Shown one piece after another: positions 9,854 through 20,309 of a DNA stretch of 64,000 nt (position 1 is the stretch's first letter; the number at the start of each line of letters is the position of its first letter). A program made the position numbers and the translations under genes. Source of the stretch: Candidatus Pelearchaeum maunauluense (GTDB lineage Archaea > Thermoproteota > Nitrososphaeria_A > Caldarchaeales > Caldarchaeaceae); NCBI GenBank assembly GCA_030059675.1, contig JANVYQ010000001.1:192001-256000 (forward strand), written 5' to 3'. A model generated the notes under the pieces. It was not told where the DNA came from, did not search any database, and worked only from the letters and a program-made list of their open reading frames with translations.

Positions 9854-10954
9854 CTAAAGCTCTAGGGCTGCAAGCCGCATTATAGGGTCCAGGAAGAAGT
9901 ATCTACCGTTGCTTTTTCCAACTATGCTTAGATTTTGAAGTCGCGTTAATAGTCTTGTGAGAGCCGCGTTGCTCATATACTTACCGCTCCATGATTCTAT
10001 TCGTCTCTTAATCTTAGACCACTCATCAACTCCTTCCGCGACGGCCTTCAGAACCAGCCTATAGTTATGTGAGGCGTAGATTAGTTTCCTTAATTCCTGT
10101 GTTGCTACTGACTTGGCTTCGGTTATTACTTGTTGAAGGATTTCCTTCGGCTCTTTGTCTGGGTTGCGTGTTGCCGTATAGCCATAGAGCGCAAGCCATC
10201 CCACAACGCCATCCAGCTTCTCCACAGCATCTATGATGCTATTATCCTCGGGTTCTATACCTAACTCCCTAAAACCAGCCCTAAGATAACCTATAGCCTC
10301 CTCGCGGTTAAATCTCTCTAATATAACCTCCTCCCTATACCTACCATAAAACTCTGATTCCTTTCCTCCAGCCTCCAAAAACTCCATGAGAAGCCCAATC
10401 TCAGAACCAGTTAGGACTGTGGTCAGCTGTCTTAGATTATCATATACGTGTGCAAGTAATGCTCTGAAGTTCAGCCTTCCTTTACCGCCTGTCATATAAC
10501 GGAGAAGTTGTGCCTCGTCTAGTGCTATTATTATGCGTGTTTGTTGTTCTATTGCCCAGTTGTTGAGCGCTGTGAAGAGCTGGTTTAGCAGCGGCGGCTT
10601 CATGCCCCAGTCAAGCTCCACACCACTACCTAGTATCTTCACACCCCTCACCCGTCTAAGATAGTCAGCAATCCTATACCTAGTTGAAAGTCTGCTCAAC
10701 GCGCCCGAGAGCTGAATGTAAAGCGCGGCCCTCGTGAAACCATCTTCCCCAACAGCCCTCAAGTCCAAGTATATGTATGGTAGGCCTGACTCTCTCAACG
10801 CAACTTTGAGCAGAGATGTCTTTCCCACACGCCTAATTCCTAGGAGTAGGATTAGCGGCTCTCCACGCTTGAACGCAGTAAGCAGACGCCGTAATTCCTT
10901 TTGCCTTCCATAAAGTTCGTGGCTACACTCTTTTGGTCTTGGGTCAAAGAGCAT
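9854..10954 (-). CDS. archaeal AAA+/P-loop ATPase (ATPase_2 type) with probable C-terminal winged-helix domain
   Basis: MLFDPRPKE..LYGRQKE start, Walker A GIRRVGKTS, Walker B IALDEAQ, LTGSEIG, C-terminal L..L.NLSIVGK..GRY.FLDP. Confidence 0.85.
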   Translation of the reverse strand: MLFDPRPKECSHELYGRQKELRRLLTAFKRGEPLILLLGIRRVGKTSLLKVALRESGLPYIYLDLRAVGEDGFTRAALYIQLSGALSRLSTRYRIADYLRRVRGVKILGSGVELDWGMKPPLLNQLFTALNNWAIEQQTRIIIALDEAQLLRYMTGGKGRLNFRALLAHVYDNLRQLTTVLTGSEIGLLMEFLEAGGKESEFYGRYREEVILERFNREEAIGYLRAGFRELGIEPEDNSIIDAVEKLDGVVGWLALYGYTATRNPDKEPKEILQQVITEAKSVATQELRKLIYASHNYRLVLKAVAEGVDEWSKIKRRIESWSGKYMSNAALTRLLTRLQNLSIVGKSNGRYFFLDPIMRLAALEL

Positions 10955-10992
10955 GTATCGCCCCCGATACCTAAGTATCACCCCTGATACTT
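10955..10992. promoter_or_regulatory. two tandem perfect palindromes (candidate operators) directly upstream of the ATPase ATG
   Basis: GTATCG-cccc-CGATAC (10955-10970) and AAGTATCA-cccc-TGATACTT (10973-10992), 20-bp period, between an AT-rich TATA-like box (about 10991-11000) and the start codon. Confidence 0.7.
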
Positions 10993-11079
10993 AACATTTA
11001 CAGCCCAGAGAAAGCCTAATCTCTCAAAAATTTTGGGGCATTAAGCATCGTCTGAGCCTCTGGTCGGGGTATTTGATTG

Positions 11080-12144
11080 TTAGGCTGGTCTTAGAGGTGG
11101 GTTGTTTAGGCCTGTCTTCTCGTCTATTTTGAGCATTATGTTCATGCATTGGACCGCTTGGCCTGCTGCGCCTTTCATGAGGTTGTCTATCGCCGCCATT
11201 AGGGCTACTCGGCCTATTCTCTTCTCTACTGCGAAGCCTACGTCTGCGAAGTTGCTGCCCACGACGTATTTGGGGTCTGGATATCTGAATGGCGCGCCTC
11301 TGACTATTCTTATGAATGGCTCGCGGCCGTAGCGCTGGGCGTATAGGCGCCAGACCTGCTGCTCATCAACGTCCTGTGTGAGCCATACGTGGGCTGTGGC
11401 TAGAGCGCCGCGAACACTCCCTACCGCGTGTGGAACAAGCGCCACTTGGATTTTCTCATTAGCTAGGCGTTTTAGCTCCTGCTCAACTTCTGCCACGTGC
11501 CTATGGCCGTCTGCCTCGTAGGGACGTATGACGTTAGCCCTCTCTGGATGATGTGTCCCTAGGCTCGGCTTGATGCCCGCCTCACTGCTTCCAACTTTCA
11601 CATCAACAACTATACGTGAGAGCTCTATTATCTTGGCCTCCACCGCTGGTATTAGGGCGAGGAGCGCAGCAGTGGAGTTGCAGCCTGGACACGCAACCAA
11701 TTCCGCATCCTTTATCTCCTCGCGATGAAGCTCAGGCATACCATAAACAGCTTTATCCAACAATTCTGGACGGGGATGCTCAAAATCATACCACACACGA
11801 TAATCTTGTTGATTCCTCAGCCTGAAGTCGGGGCTTAAGTCTATAACACGCATACCCTGCTCCAGGAGCTTTGGAGCAAGCTCACTAGCTACCCCCTGTG
11901 GGGTGTTGATGAAGAGTATGTCGCATTTCTTGAGCATCTCATCCAGCGATACGTTGGAGAACTTGAGCGTGCCGTAGAAGCCGCGTAGATTAGGATGTAT
12001 TGCGGTTATTGGTTTCCCCGCATACTCGCGGGAGGACGCGTAAGTTACCTCTGCGTCAGGATGTGTTGCGAGTATCCTGAGCAGCTCTCCCCCCGTGTAT
12101 CCTGAAGCCCCGACAACGCCGACACGCACCATGCAAAACATCAA
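11080..12144 (-). CDS. lysY: [LysW]-aminoadipate/glutamate phosphate reductase (ArgC family)
   Basis: GASGYTGGE, IDLSPDFRL, YGMPE, ACPGCNST, IDNLMKGAAGQAVQ; real start may be MVRVGVV a few codons in. Confidence 0.93.
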   Translation of the reverse strand: MMFCMVRVGVVGASGYTGGELLRILATHPDAEVTYASSREYAGKPITAIHPNLRGFYGTLKFSNVSLDEMLKKCDILFINTPQGVASELAPKLLEQGMRVIDLSPDFRLRNQQDYRVWYDFEHPRPELLDKAVYGMPELHREEIKDAELVACPGCNSTAALLALIPAVEAKIIELSRIVVDVKVGSSEAGIKPSLGTHHPERANVIRPYEADGHRHVAEVEQELKRLANEKIQVALVPHAVGSVRGALATAHVWLTQDVDEQQVWRLYAQRYGREPFIRIVRGAPFRYPDPKYVVGSNFADVGFAVEKRIGRVALMAAIDNLMKGAAGQAVQCMNIMLKIDEKTGLNNPPLRPA

Positions 12145-12225
12145 AGACGACGCTTATATAAAGTCAAACAAATAATAGCATCTCCCTAACAATAGTAGCA
12201 TGGGTAGAGAAGTGATATCAGGCAT

Positions 12226-12414
12226 GTGGAAAAATACTACGCAATAATGCTGACTGGCCTCCTCATACTCGTCCTAGGTGTTAGCGCGATTTTGCTGCTG
12301 GTAGAAGCTCCTCAGGGGCCGTTGACCGGCGTGTTTGTCTTGTTTAGCTTCGCTGCCATTGTTGTGAGTGGTGTAGCTATCTTTATGGCGTTGTCGTTTG
12401 GTGTTGCTGTTTAA
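12226..12414 (+). CDS. small two-TM membrane protein
   Basis: 62 aa, two hydrophobic stretches, fills an intergenic gap. Confidence 0.55.
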   Translation: MEKYYAIMLTGLLILVLGVSAILLLVEAPQGPLTGVFVLFSFAAIVVSGVAIFMALSFGVAV

Positions 12415-12519
12415 ACGATATTGAGGGCTCGCGAAGAGTATGATGCAACAAAACGCGAGTATGAGCAAGTATAGTAATGGTTTGTGAGGAGAGCCCGCCG
12501 CTGCTATGCGCGTGTTGTG

Positions 12520-12969
12520 CTAGTTTTGCGTATCTTCTCCGTCTTCCCGTTCTTGCATCGTCTCGCCAGACTCGCTAACCTTCTCCCTAACCTCCCTCAA
12601 TACTCGTTTCATGAAGTCTCGTGTAAGGACACCTGCTTCAAGCAGGTTTACTATGGAGTTGGGCGACGCCTCTCCCGTAACTCTTCCCAAACTCCCGCGT
12701 AGCTGTCTCCATTTGAGCTGGGTGTTTCCGCTCTTTGATTTGTATATCACGCCTAGCACGTCTATTGCTTTGACGAAGGTTATGTCGCGTATCTTGTTCA
12801 GCTCTATCTTGGAGGCCGCCTCAACATATATCGTTCCCTCGGATGAGTTTCGCTCAGGGAATATTGAAGAGTCGTGAAGATAGCCTTTTGGCATAAATGA
12901 GTAGCATGTGTTGAGTATTATGAAGCGTCTAAACTTGTCCAGTGGGGTTCTGGTGTCTATTTGAACCAT
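12520..12969 (-). CDS. hypothetical protein
   Basis: 149-aa ORF with normal composition and no recognised motif. Confidence 0.65.
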   Translation of the reverse strand: MVQIDTRTPLDKFRRFIILNTCYSFMPKGYLHDSSIFPERNSSEGTIYVEAASKIELNKIRDITFVKAIDVLGVIYKSKSGNTQLKWRQLRGSLGRVTGEASPNSIVNLLEAGVLTRDFMKRVLREVREKVSESGETMQEREDGEDTQN

Positions 12970-13105
12970 CTCACTCTCTAAACCTCGTGGCGCTCTAGGT
13001 TATCCGTGGGCTGGTATCCAATATTCCTTACTCACTTTTCTACCTTAATAAAATCTCCTAATACCACGGTCTCTTATCTAAAAATATCCGTCTATTTGAC
13101 GACTC

Positions 13106-13426
13106 CTAGCGGCGCACTATTCTTATGTCTTTTCTTCTTGGCAGGACGCGGTCAAGCAGTGTTTTCAGTGTGTTGTCGTCAATGGGTGTTCTTAGCTGGC
13201 CAGCCTGCGCTGCCTGTATGAGGTATTCCTCTATCCTCTCAGCAATCTCAGGCTTGACAAGCTTTAGGTTGTTTAGCCTCTGTCTCGCTTCAGGTGTTAG
13301 AATTATACGCATGGCAGCGGCTCTCTCAATCTCCCTCTGCCGCCTAGCCTGCTCCTCCGCAATACGCGCCTGAAGCTCGGCCATCTTCTGCTGCCTTATA
13401 CGCGCAAGCTCCTCATCCTCAGACAT
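13106..13426 (-). CDS. PDCD5-family DNA-binding protein
   Basis: DEELARIRQQKMAEL...ILTPEARQRLNNLKLVKPE..E.IE..LIQ.AQ.G...I....LK.LL. Confidence 0.92.
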   Translation of the reverse strand: MSEDEELARIRQQKMAELQARIAEEQARRQREIERAAAMRIILTPEARQRLNNLKLVKPEIAERIEEYLIQAAQAGQLRTPIDDNTLKTLLDRVLPRRKDIRIVRR

Positions 13427-13625
13427 CCCAAGCCTCCTCCACAGACGTCTAAACCAAGATTCGGCAGCGGCAGCTATTAACTACTTCTCTGAACATAAAT
13501 TTTTAAGGATTTAGAAAGACATGGCTCCACTCTCGGCGAAAAATATTGAGGACTGCTGATCCTTTATTAGTTGGTTGTATGAAGACCATCCAAAAGCCTA
13601 GTATGGAGAGCTCTATGTAGGTGGT

Positions 13626-16346
13626 TTGATGGGTAACGCTGCCTCTGAGCTGGCTGAATGGCACGCTCTAAGTATTGAGGAAGTGGCCAGGGCGCTGGAG
13701 ACAGACCTGACTCATGGCCTAGCCGATGATGAAGCACGGCGGAGGCTTGAGATTTACGGCCCAAACCAGCTTGAGGCAGCCAAGAAAATATCACCCATTA
13801 AAATCTTTCTGAAACAATTCACAAACATACTCCTGGGAATACTACTCATAGCTACGCTTGTATCAGCGTTTCTAGGAGAGGTTATAGATGCTCTAGTTAT
13901 CCTCATAATAGTTTTCTTCGTAGCTGTTTTAGGATTTATCCAAGAGTATCGTGCTGAGCGTTCATTGGAAGAGCTGCGCAAATTACTAAGCCCAACATGC
14001 AGCGTTTTACGCGGTGGTGTTGTCCGTAGGATTGAAGTGAGAGAGATTGTTCCAGGCGATGTGGTTATTCTTGAAGCGGGGGACAAGACGCCAGCAGACC
14101 TTAGGCTGGTTGAGTCAATTAGCCTCAAGATTGATGAATCACCCCTTACGGGGGAGTCAACGCCTGTTGAGAAGGATGTTAAGCCGTTGCTGCGCGAGAC
14201 GCCGTTAGCTGACCGTGTTAATATGGCGTTCTCTGGTACTGTCGTGGTTTATGGGCGCGGCCGCGGTGTTGTGGTAGCAACGGGGATGCGTACGGAGTTG
14301 GGGAAGATAGCGCGTGCAGCCGCTGAGGTTGAGGAGGAAAAGACTCCACTGGAGCTGAAGATGGCTGAGATAGGGAGGAAGTTCGGCGCTATAGCGTTGG
14401 TGGTTATTGCTATAATTGCAGCCGTAGAGGCGGGTCAGGAAATCATCACCACAGGGCTTAGTATGCAGTTCCTCTTGGATGTTCTCCTCTTCGCTATAGC
14501 GCTTGCCGTAGCAGCGATACCCGAAGCCCTCCCCGCGATAATCACCGCGAGCCTAGCAATAGGCATGCGCATAATGGCTAAGCGGAACGCTCTTGTTAGG
14601 CGGATGCCAGCGGTAGAGACCCTAGGTGCAACTCAGGTAATATGCTTTGACAAAACTGGCACGCTAACACGTGGGGAGATGACGGTCAGAATAATACGAA
14701 CCATGGATAATGTTTTTGATATTACGGGGACTGGGTATAGTCTTGATGGGGAGGTTCTCATAGATGGTGGGCGTGTGAATCTTGATGATTATCCGATTTT
14801 GGCCAGGCTGGCGCGGGTGGCGGTTCTCTGTAATGATGCTACTCTGGAGGTTGAAGATAGTAGCGTTTCTACGCAGGGCGACCCTACTGAGGTGGCTCTT
14901 CTAATAATGGCCGTGAAGCTTGGGCTTGACATCAACGCGGTGAGACGTGAGAATCCGCGTGTTGGTGAGGTTCCTTTCAGCCCTGAGCGGCGTAGGATGA
15001 CCACCATAAACCTCGTTGATGGTGTTAGGAAAGCCTACATGAAGGGTGCGCCAGAGGCTGTGCTGGCTTCATGCAACAGTATCCGAATCAACGGCGAGGT
15101 GCGTAGGCTAACCAGCCAAGACAGGGAGAGGATTATGCAGTCTGTAGATTCTATGGCTGGCCAGGCTCTCCGCGTCTTAGCCCTTGCCGAGAAAGAGGAC
15201 CTAGATGATAATGAGACGGAGAGCGGATTCGCATTCCTCGGCCTTGTGGGTATGATGGACCCGCCTAGGCCTGATGCTATAGCTGCCGTAGCATCTGCGC
15301 GCGAAGCTGGTATGAGGTCAATAATGATAACTGGAGACCATAAGCTAACCGCTGTAGCGGTAGCTAGTGAGGCTGGGATACTACGCGAGGGCGATTACGT
15401 GATTACTGGCGATGAGTTGGAGAGAATGAGCGACGCGGAGCTGGATAAGGTTGTGGAGCGGACAACCGTGTATGCGCGTATATCGCCGCTCCATAAGCTG
15501 CGTATAGTTGAGGCCTGGCGGAGGCGCGGGTTTGTGGTGGCTATGACTGGAGATGGTGTTAATGATGCCCCCGCGTTGAGGCGCGCCGATATAGGGATAG
15601 CTATGGGTAGGACAGGGACGGAGGTCGCCAAAGAGTCAGCCGACATGATACTTAATGATGATAACTTCGCCACAATAGTGAAGGCTGTAGAACTTGGACG
15701 GTGGATATACGATAATATCAAGAAGTATCTAGCTTACTTGCTCCAGGCGAATCTGGTAGAGATAGCTGTTATCGCCGTGTCATCTCTAGTAATACTACGT
15801 CTCATGGGTTTTGAGGGGGAGGAGGCGCTCCCTCTGCTGCCCGTCCACATACTCTACATAAACCTGGCCACAGACGGGTTGCCAGCACTCGCTTTGGGCT
15901 TCAGCCCAGCAGACCCAGACATTATGAAGAGACCACCGCGAGCCAAGGACGAGCCCGTCTTCACGCGGGAGATTAAGCTCTTTCTAGCCAGAGCGCTGCT
16001 CATAGAGGCCCCGCTACTTCTACTGGCGTTCTACACAGCCCTACCATCAGGCGTTGAGGCTGCGCGAACGAGGCTGTTTCTAATGTTCATCTTCATAGAG
16101 CTTGCGGTAGCGATAAACTGCCGCTCCTTGATACACCCAGTAACACACGCTAAGCCGCATGGGTCTCTTATTCTCGCCGTCTTATGGGAGGCCGCGCTGA
16201 TAATAGTGTTGATGACAATTCCAGCGGCGCGTGAGGCTCTTCAGGTTGCTATACCAAGTATGGTTGACCTAGCCTGGGTAGTGGGAGGGATGTTCATAAC
16301 ATTCTCCAGCATGGAGCTATTGAAGTACTATGCGCTTAGACGCTAG
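13626..16346 (+). CDS. P-type ATPase, type IIA (Ca2+-transporting-like)
   Basis: TGES, AIPEALP, DKTGT, KGAPE, TGD, GDGVND; SERCA-like membrane ligands ANLVE and NLATD. Confidence 0.93.
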   Translation: MMGNAASELAEWHALSIEEVARALETDLTHGLADDEARRRLEIYGPNQLEAAKKISPIKIFLKQFTNILLGILLIATLVSAFLGEVIDALVILIIVFFVAVLGFIQEYRAERSLEELRKLLSPTCSVLRGGVVRRIEVREIVPGDVVILEAGDKTPADLRLVESISLKIDESPLTGESTPVEKDVKPLLRETPLADRVNMAFSGTVVVYGRGRGVVVATGMRTELGKIARAAAEVEEEKTPLELKMAEIGRKFGAIALVVIAIIAAVEAGQEIITTGLSMQFLLDVLLFAIALAVAAIPEALPAIITASLAIGMRIMAKRNALVRRMPAVETLGATQVICFDKTGTLTRGEMTVRIIRTMDNVFDITGTGYSLDGEVLIDGGRVNLDDYPILARLARVAVLCNDATLEVEDSSVSTQGDPTEVALLIMAVKLGLDINAVRRENPRVGEVPFSPERRRMTTINLVDGVRKAYMKGAPEAVLASCNSIRINGEVRRLTSQDRERIMQSVDSMAGQALRVLALAEKEDLDDNETESGFAFLGLVGMMDPPRPDAIAAVASAREAGMRSIMITGDHKLTAVAVASEAGILREGDYVITGDELERMSDAELDKVVERTTVYARISPLHKLRIVEAWRRRGFVVAMTGDGVNDAPALRRADIGIAMGRTGTEVAKESADMILNDDNFATIVKAVELGRWIYDNIKKYLAYLLQANLVEIAVIAVSSLVILRLMGFEGEEALPLLPVHILYINLATDGLPALALGFSPADPDIMKRPPRAKDEPVFTREIKLFLARALLIEAPLLLLAFYTALPSGVEAARTRLFLMFIFIELAVAINCRSLIHPVTHAKPHGSLILAVLWEAALIIVLMTIPAAREALQVAIPSMVDLAWVVGGMFITFSSMELLKYYALRR

Positions 16347-17056
16347 AACGTCTCTAGCTCCTGCACAGAAGCTACATAGATGCGTGAGAGCTCATCAGCC
16401 GTTGGGACGTTTATGCCCAGGTCAAGTAGCTTGTTAAGCGCCTCTATAGCTCTCCTGGCGGCGTAGAAGTCTGGGATCATCTCAGCCGTCTCAACGAGCA
16501 TAGCGAAGTTCTTCATGTTATGCTCCGCGGCCAAAACCGCGAGAAGGCCTGCTGCGCCTACTATCTGGCCAGCGTAGCGCACACCACCAACCTTACTCGT
16601 CCACTCCTCCAGCGTATCTGGGTCGGTTGAGCTACAGTATATCTCGCGTAGCTCTGAGACACTTTCCTTACCATAGCCTCCTAGCGTTATTATAGTGTTG
16701 CATCCAAGGTCTTTGGCGAAGCGGACAACTTTATCGCAGAAGTCGTGCTGGCCGAAGCTCGTTGAGGGCTGGGAGTTGCCGTAGAGGAGGAATAGGTTTA
16801 GGGGTTTTGATGCATAGTAAATGTCAGCGAAGCTGAAGATAATCTTCCCTTCCGACACATATCCGACAGATGGGAAGTGCGGCGAGAATATTCTACAAAC
16901 ATGCTTCACGTCAAGCTGCTTGATTACATACGAGACGGCGACTTTCGCAACTAGCCCAATACCAGGAAGCCCCTCAATAAGAACACCATCACTAACACGC
17001 GGGGCTTCTACACCATCCGCCAAAACAAACTCGGTCTCAATCACAGCAATCCACAA
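16343..17056 (-). CDS. PAC2-family proteasome assembly chaperone
   Basis: IEGLPGIGLVAK, IFSPHFP, IITLGGYG, IVGAAGLL, ET...PD..AA. Confidence 0.88.
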   Translation of the reverse strand: MWIAVIETEFVLADGVEAPRVSDGVLIEGLPGIGLVAKVAVSYVIKQLDVKHVCRIFSPHFPSVGYVSEGKIIFSFADIYYASKPLNLFLLYGNSQPSTSFGQHDFCDKVVRFAKDLGCNTIITLGGYGKESVSELREIYCSSTDPDTLEEWTSKVGGVRYAGQIVGAAGLLAVLAAEHNMKNFAMLVETAEMIPDFYAARRAIEALNKLLDLGINVPTADELSRIYVASVQELETF

Positions 17057-17181
17057 TACCTACCCAGTATTAAGACGTTTCCCCCTAAGAAGAGACAGGG
17101 ATGGGATTGTCGTAGTTTATAAGGAGGGGACGTGGAGTGTTGGGTATTTTAAGCTGGTGCTGGCGTCGCTCTGGTGTGGCG

Positions 17182-18747
17182 ATGAAGATTCTCTTTGAGG
17201 TTCGTGCTAAGGATTTGCTGGGTAGGCTGGGGAGGGTTAGGATAGGGGATAAGTCCATAGAAACCCCCGCGTTCGTTCCAGTCATAAACCCCATAAACCA
17301 GATAATACCAGCGCAGGAGATTAAGCATGAGTTCGGATGCGGTATTGTAATAACCAATTCTTACATTCTTTACCGCCGCCTTCGCGATGAGGCGGCTGAG
17401 CGTGGCGTTCATTCAATAATAGGGTTTGACGGCGTGGTTATGACCGATTCTGGTGGCTATCAAGTTCTTGAGTATGGAGGCGTTGATGCTGGGCCTGTTG
17501 AGACAGCTTTGTTTCAGGAGAGTATAGGAACGGATGTGGCTATTCCGCTTGATAAGCCAACTGGAGTCGTTGGCCGTGCTGAGGCATTAGCTACTGTTGA
17601 GCAGACCTTGGCTAATGTTAGGGAGACTATAAGGGCTCTGGGTGATTCTAGGCGATGCGCGTGGGCGGCTCCTATACAGGGTGGCATATACGCGGATTTG
17701 GTTAAGCGGTGTGCGGAGGAGCTCTCAGAGATGGGGTTCTTTGACATCTACGCCCTCGGAAGCCCCACACCGCTTATGCAGAACTATCAATACGAAAAGC
17801 TGGTTAAGATGATGGCCGTCGCTAAGCTCGCCTCGCCAGTTGATAGGCCTCTCCACCTCTTCGGTGCAGGGCATCCCATGATGTTTGCTTTCGCCGCCGC
17901 CCTCGGATACGATACGTTTGACTCTGCCAGCTATGTTCTATTCGCGCGTGAGGGTAGGTATATGCTTGATACTAGGACGGTTAAGCTGGAGAAGCTGGAA
18001 TACCTGCCCTGCGAGTGTAAGGCTTGCAGGGGGGTTAGTGTCCGCGAGCTGCGTAGCATGGAGCATCGCGAGAGGACACGGCTATTGGCGTATCATAATT
18101 TGAGCGTCTGCTTCCGCGAGGTTGCTCTAGTTAAGCAGGCGATAGCCGAGGGGCGGCTATTTGAGCTGCTGGAGCTACGCGCCAGGGGGCATCCAGCCCT
18201 CATGCAAGCGCTCCACCATCTTATACATGATGACAAGACCCTCTCAGCTATGGAGAGCCATACGCCAATAAGCAAGCCCCGCGCCCTCGCGCTTTATGAT
18301 TCTAGCAGCCTAGCTAGACCCGAGGTGCGACGAGCTACTAAACGCCTAGCCTATATCAGTCTCAACCCATACTCAAGGGTTAGGGCTGTAATGATACCAC
18401 AGCGCGTAGTAACTACGAAGAGGCTTGAAGACCTGCTCACACGACTACGGGAGCACGTGAATATAGAGGAGGCTATTCTGATGACATACTACTCTCCCTT
18501 CGGAGCTGTTCCCCTACCGCTCGCGCGCACGTATCCATTCTCCCAAGTTATCTACCCAAGCTCGCTGCTCTCAAGTGATGTTGAGGATAATATAGGCAGG
18601 GCCGTGGATGTTTTAAGAAGAAGCAAAGTTCGCGAGGTTTTATTGGTTAAATGGCGGCGCGAACCCCCTGAATGGTTCATAAAAGCACTAAAGGAAAGGA
18701 TAATTGAGGAATTGAGAGACGTGAAGGCTGGGACAGTAGAGATTTAA
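17182..18747 (+). CDS. tgtA: archaeosine tRNA-guanine(15) transglycosylase
   Basis: FEVRAKDLLGRLG, ETPAFVPV, TDSGGYQ, HLFGAGHP, FDSASY, CECKAC...H zinc site. Confidence 0.94.
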   Translation: MKILFEVRAKDLLGRLGRVRIGDKSIETPAFVPVINPINQIIPAQEIKHEFGCGIVITNSYILYRRLRDEAAERGVHSIIGFDGVVMTDSGGYQVLEYGGVDAGPVETALFQESIGTDVAIPLDKPTGVVGRAEALATVEQTLANVRETIRALGDSRRCAWAAPIQGGIYADLVKRCAEELSEMGFFDIYALGSPTPLMQNYQYEKLVKMMAVAKLASPVDRPLHLFGAGHPMMFAFAAALGYDTFDSASYVLFAREGRYMLDTRTVKLEKLEYLPCECKACRGVSVRELRSMEHRERTRLLAYHNLSVCFREVALVKQAIAEGRLFELLELRARGHPALMQALHHLIHDDKTLSAMESHTPISKPRALALYDSSSLARPEVRRATKRLAYISLNPYSRVRAVMIPQRVVTTKRLEDLLTRLREHVNIEEAILMTYYSPFGAVPLPLARTYPFSQVIYPSSLLSSDVEDNIGRAVDVLRRSKVREVLLVKWRREPPEWFIKALKERIIEELRDVKAGTVEI

Positions 18748-18973
18748 CAGTCCGAGCCTCCTCTTCTTGGAGATAAGGCAGACTTAAGACTAAATTCGCC
18801 TAGGCTAGCCGACTTCACCAGCCTTGGGCTGGTATACATCTATAAATAATACATCCCCGTATATGCGCTTAGCTGGTAATTGGCGAAATAGGGCATCAGT
18901 AAGAAAGGGAAGGGGTTGCTTAAGCAGAAATGACGCTTACCGTATCATAGGTGTTTGGAGGGCTGGATGACGC

Positions 18974-20227
18974 TTGGAGATTACTTTTTTAGGAGGGGCT
19001 AGGGAGGTCGGCAGGTCAGCCGTTCTAGTCAGGTACAAGAACACGCAGGTATTGTTGGACTATGGTGTAATGCTTAACGACCATCCAGAGTTCCCCATGC
19101 ACGTAGAGCCTAGGAAGATAGACGCCATACTGCTCACCCACTCGCATCTAGACCATTCGGGCAGCATACCCATGCTGTACATAAGCCATACGCCGCGGAT
19201 ATACGCTACACGCATGACGCGCGAGACCGCCGAGCTACTCCTACAAGACTTCATCAAACTATCAGGATACTACCTACCATTTGAGCGGGTTGAGATGGAG
19301 TCCATGCTACGGCTATGCCGCGAGGTCTATTACCGCGAGCCATTCAAAGTACGCGACCTTGAGATAGAGTTTATAGACGCAGGCCACATACCTGGTAGCG
19401 CGCAGATACTAATCAAGGGTGATAAGACTCTAGTCTATACTGGGGACTTTACCACGATTAGGTCTAAGATGCTTGATGGCGCAGATACTCAGGTGGGCGA
19501 CGCCGATGGAGTTATAATAGAATCCACCTACGCCTTGGAGGACCATCCTGAGCGCGAGGAGCTGGAGCGAAGCTTTGTAGAGGCGTGTAAAGAGGTTGTG
19601 GAAAATGGAGGGCGTGTTCTTGTTCCAGCGTTCTCTGTAGGCAGGGCACAAGAGATAATGTGCGTTTTGCACGCGCGAGGGTTCAAGCACCCTATATGGC
19701 TGGACGGGATGGCGCGCCGCACACTTGACCACTATCTTGAAGATAGACGCTTCGTGGATAACTATGATTTGTTGAATAAAGCTGGCAGAAGGGTGAGGCG
19801 TGTGATTGGTAGGCGCGGGAGGGAGGCTGCGCTCTCAGAGCCAGGGGTAATCATAAGCCCAGCAGGCATGCTCAAAGGCGGGCCAGCACTTCACTACGCA
19901 GCGAAGCTTGCCGACGACCCGCGCTCAGCCATCTTCTTAGTTAGCTTCCAGATACCTGGCACACCTGGGGCTACGTTGCTGGAAGAAAAGATACTGGTCG
20001 CTGATGGTGAGGAGAGGAAGGTAAAATGTAGAGTTGAGCAGTTCAGGTTCTCAGGCCATGCTGGGAGAAGCCAGCTCCATAACTATCTTAGGAGCGTGGA
20101 GACTGCAGCCAAGATATACGCCATACATGGCGAGGAGCAGGCATGCACGGCTTTGGCCGAGTGGAGCATAAACGAGCTGGGAGCAGAGGCACACGCACCC
20201 CAAAAAGGCCAAACCTACACAATCTAG
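18974..20227 (+). CDS. metallo-beta-lactamase/beta-CASP ribonuclease (aCPSF2-like, no KH domains)
   Basis: GGAREVGRS, THSHLDHSG, AGHIPGS, YTGD, IESTY, PAFSVGRAQE, FSGHA, HGE. Confidence 0.92.
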   Translation: MEITFLGGAREVGRSAVLVRYKNTQVLLDYGVMLNDHPEFPMHVEPRKIDAILLTHSHLDHSGSIPMLYISHTPRIYATRMTRETAELLLQDFIKLSGYYLPFERVEMESMLRLCREVYYREPFKVRDLEIEFIDAGHIPGSAQILIKGDKTLVYTGDFTTIRSKMLDGADTQVGDADGVIIESTYALEDHPEREELERSFVEACKEVVENGGRVLVPAFSVGRAQEIMCVLHARGFKHPIWLDGMARRTLDHYLEDRRFVDNYDLLNKAGRRVRRVIGRRGREAALSEPGVIISPAGMLKGGPALHYAAKLADDPRSAIFLVSFQIPGTPGATLLEEKILVADGEERKVKCRVEQFRFSGHAGRSQLHNYLRSVETAAKIYAIHGEEQACTALAEWSINELGAEAHAPQKGQTYTI

Positions 20228-20309
20228 CCCGAAGCTAGATTAACTAAACAATATACACCCTGGTAAAATTTTAACAATTATACCATAACCGTAGCTATGT
20301 TAGCACATC

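Noticed and set aside
18748-18973. Possible sRNA or small ORF in the tgtA-RNase spacer (hairpin ACCAGCC-ttg-GGCTGGT)
   Set aside because: A single short stem with no C/D boxes or convincing ORF is not enough to support a call.
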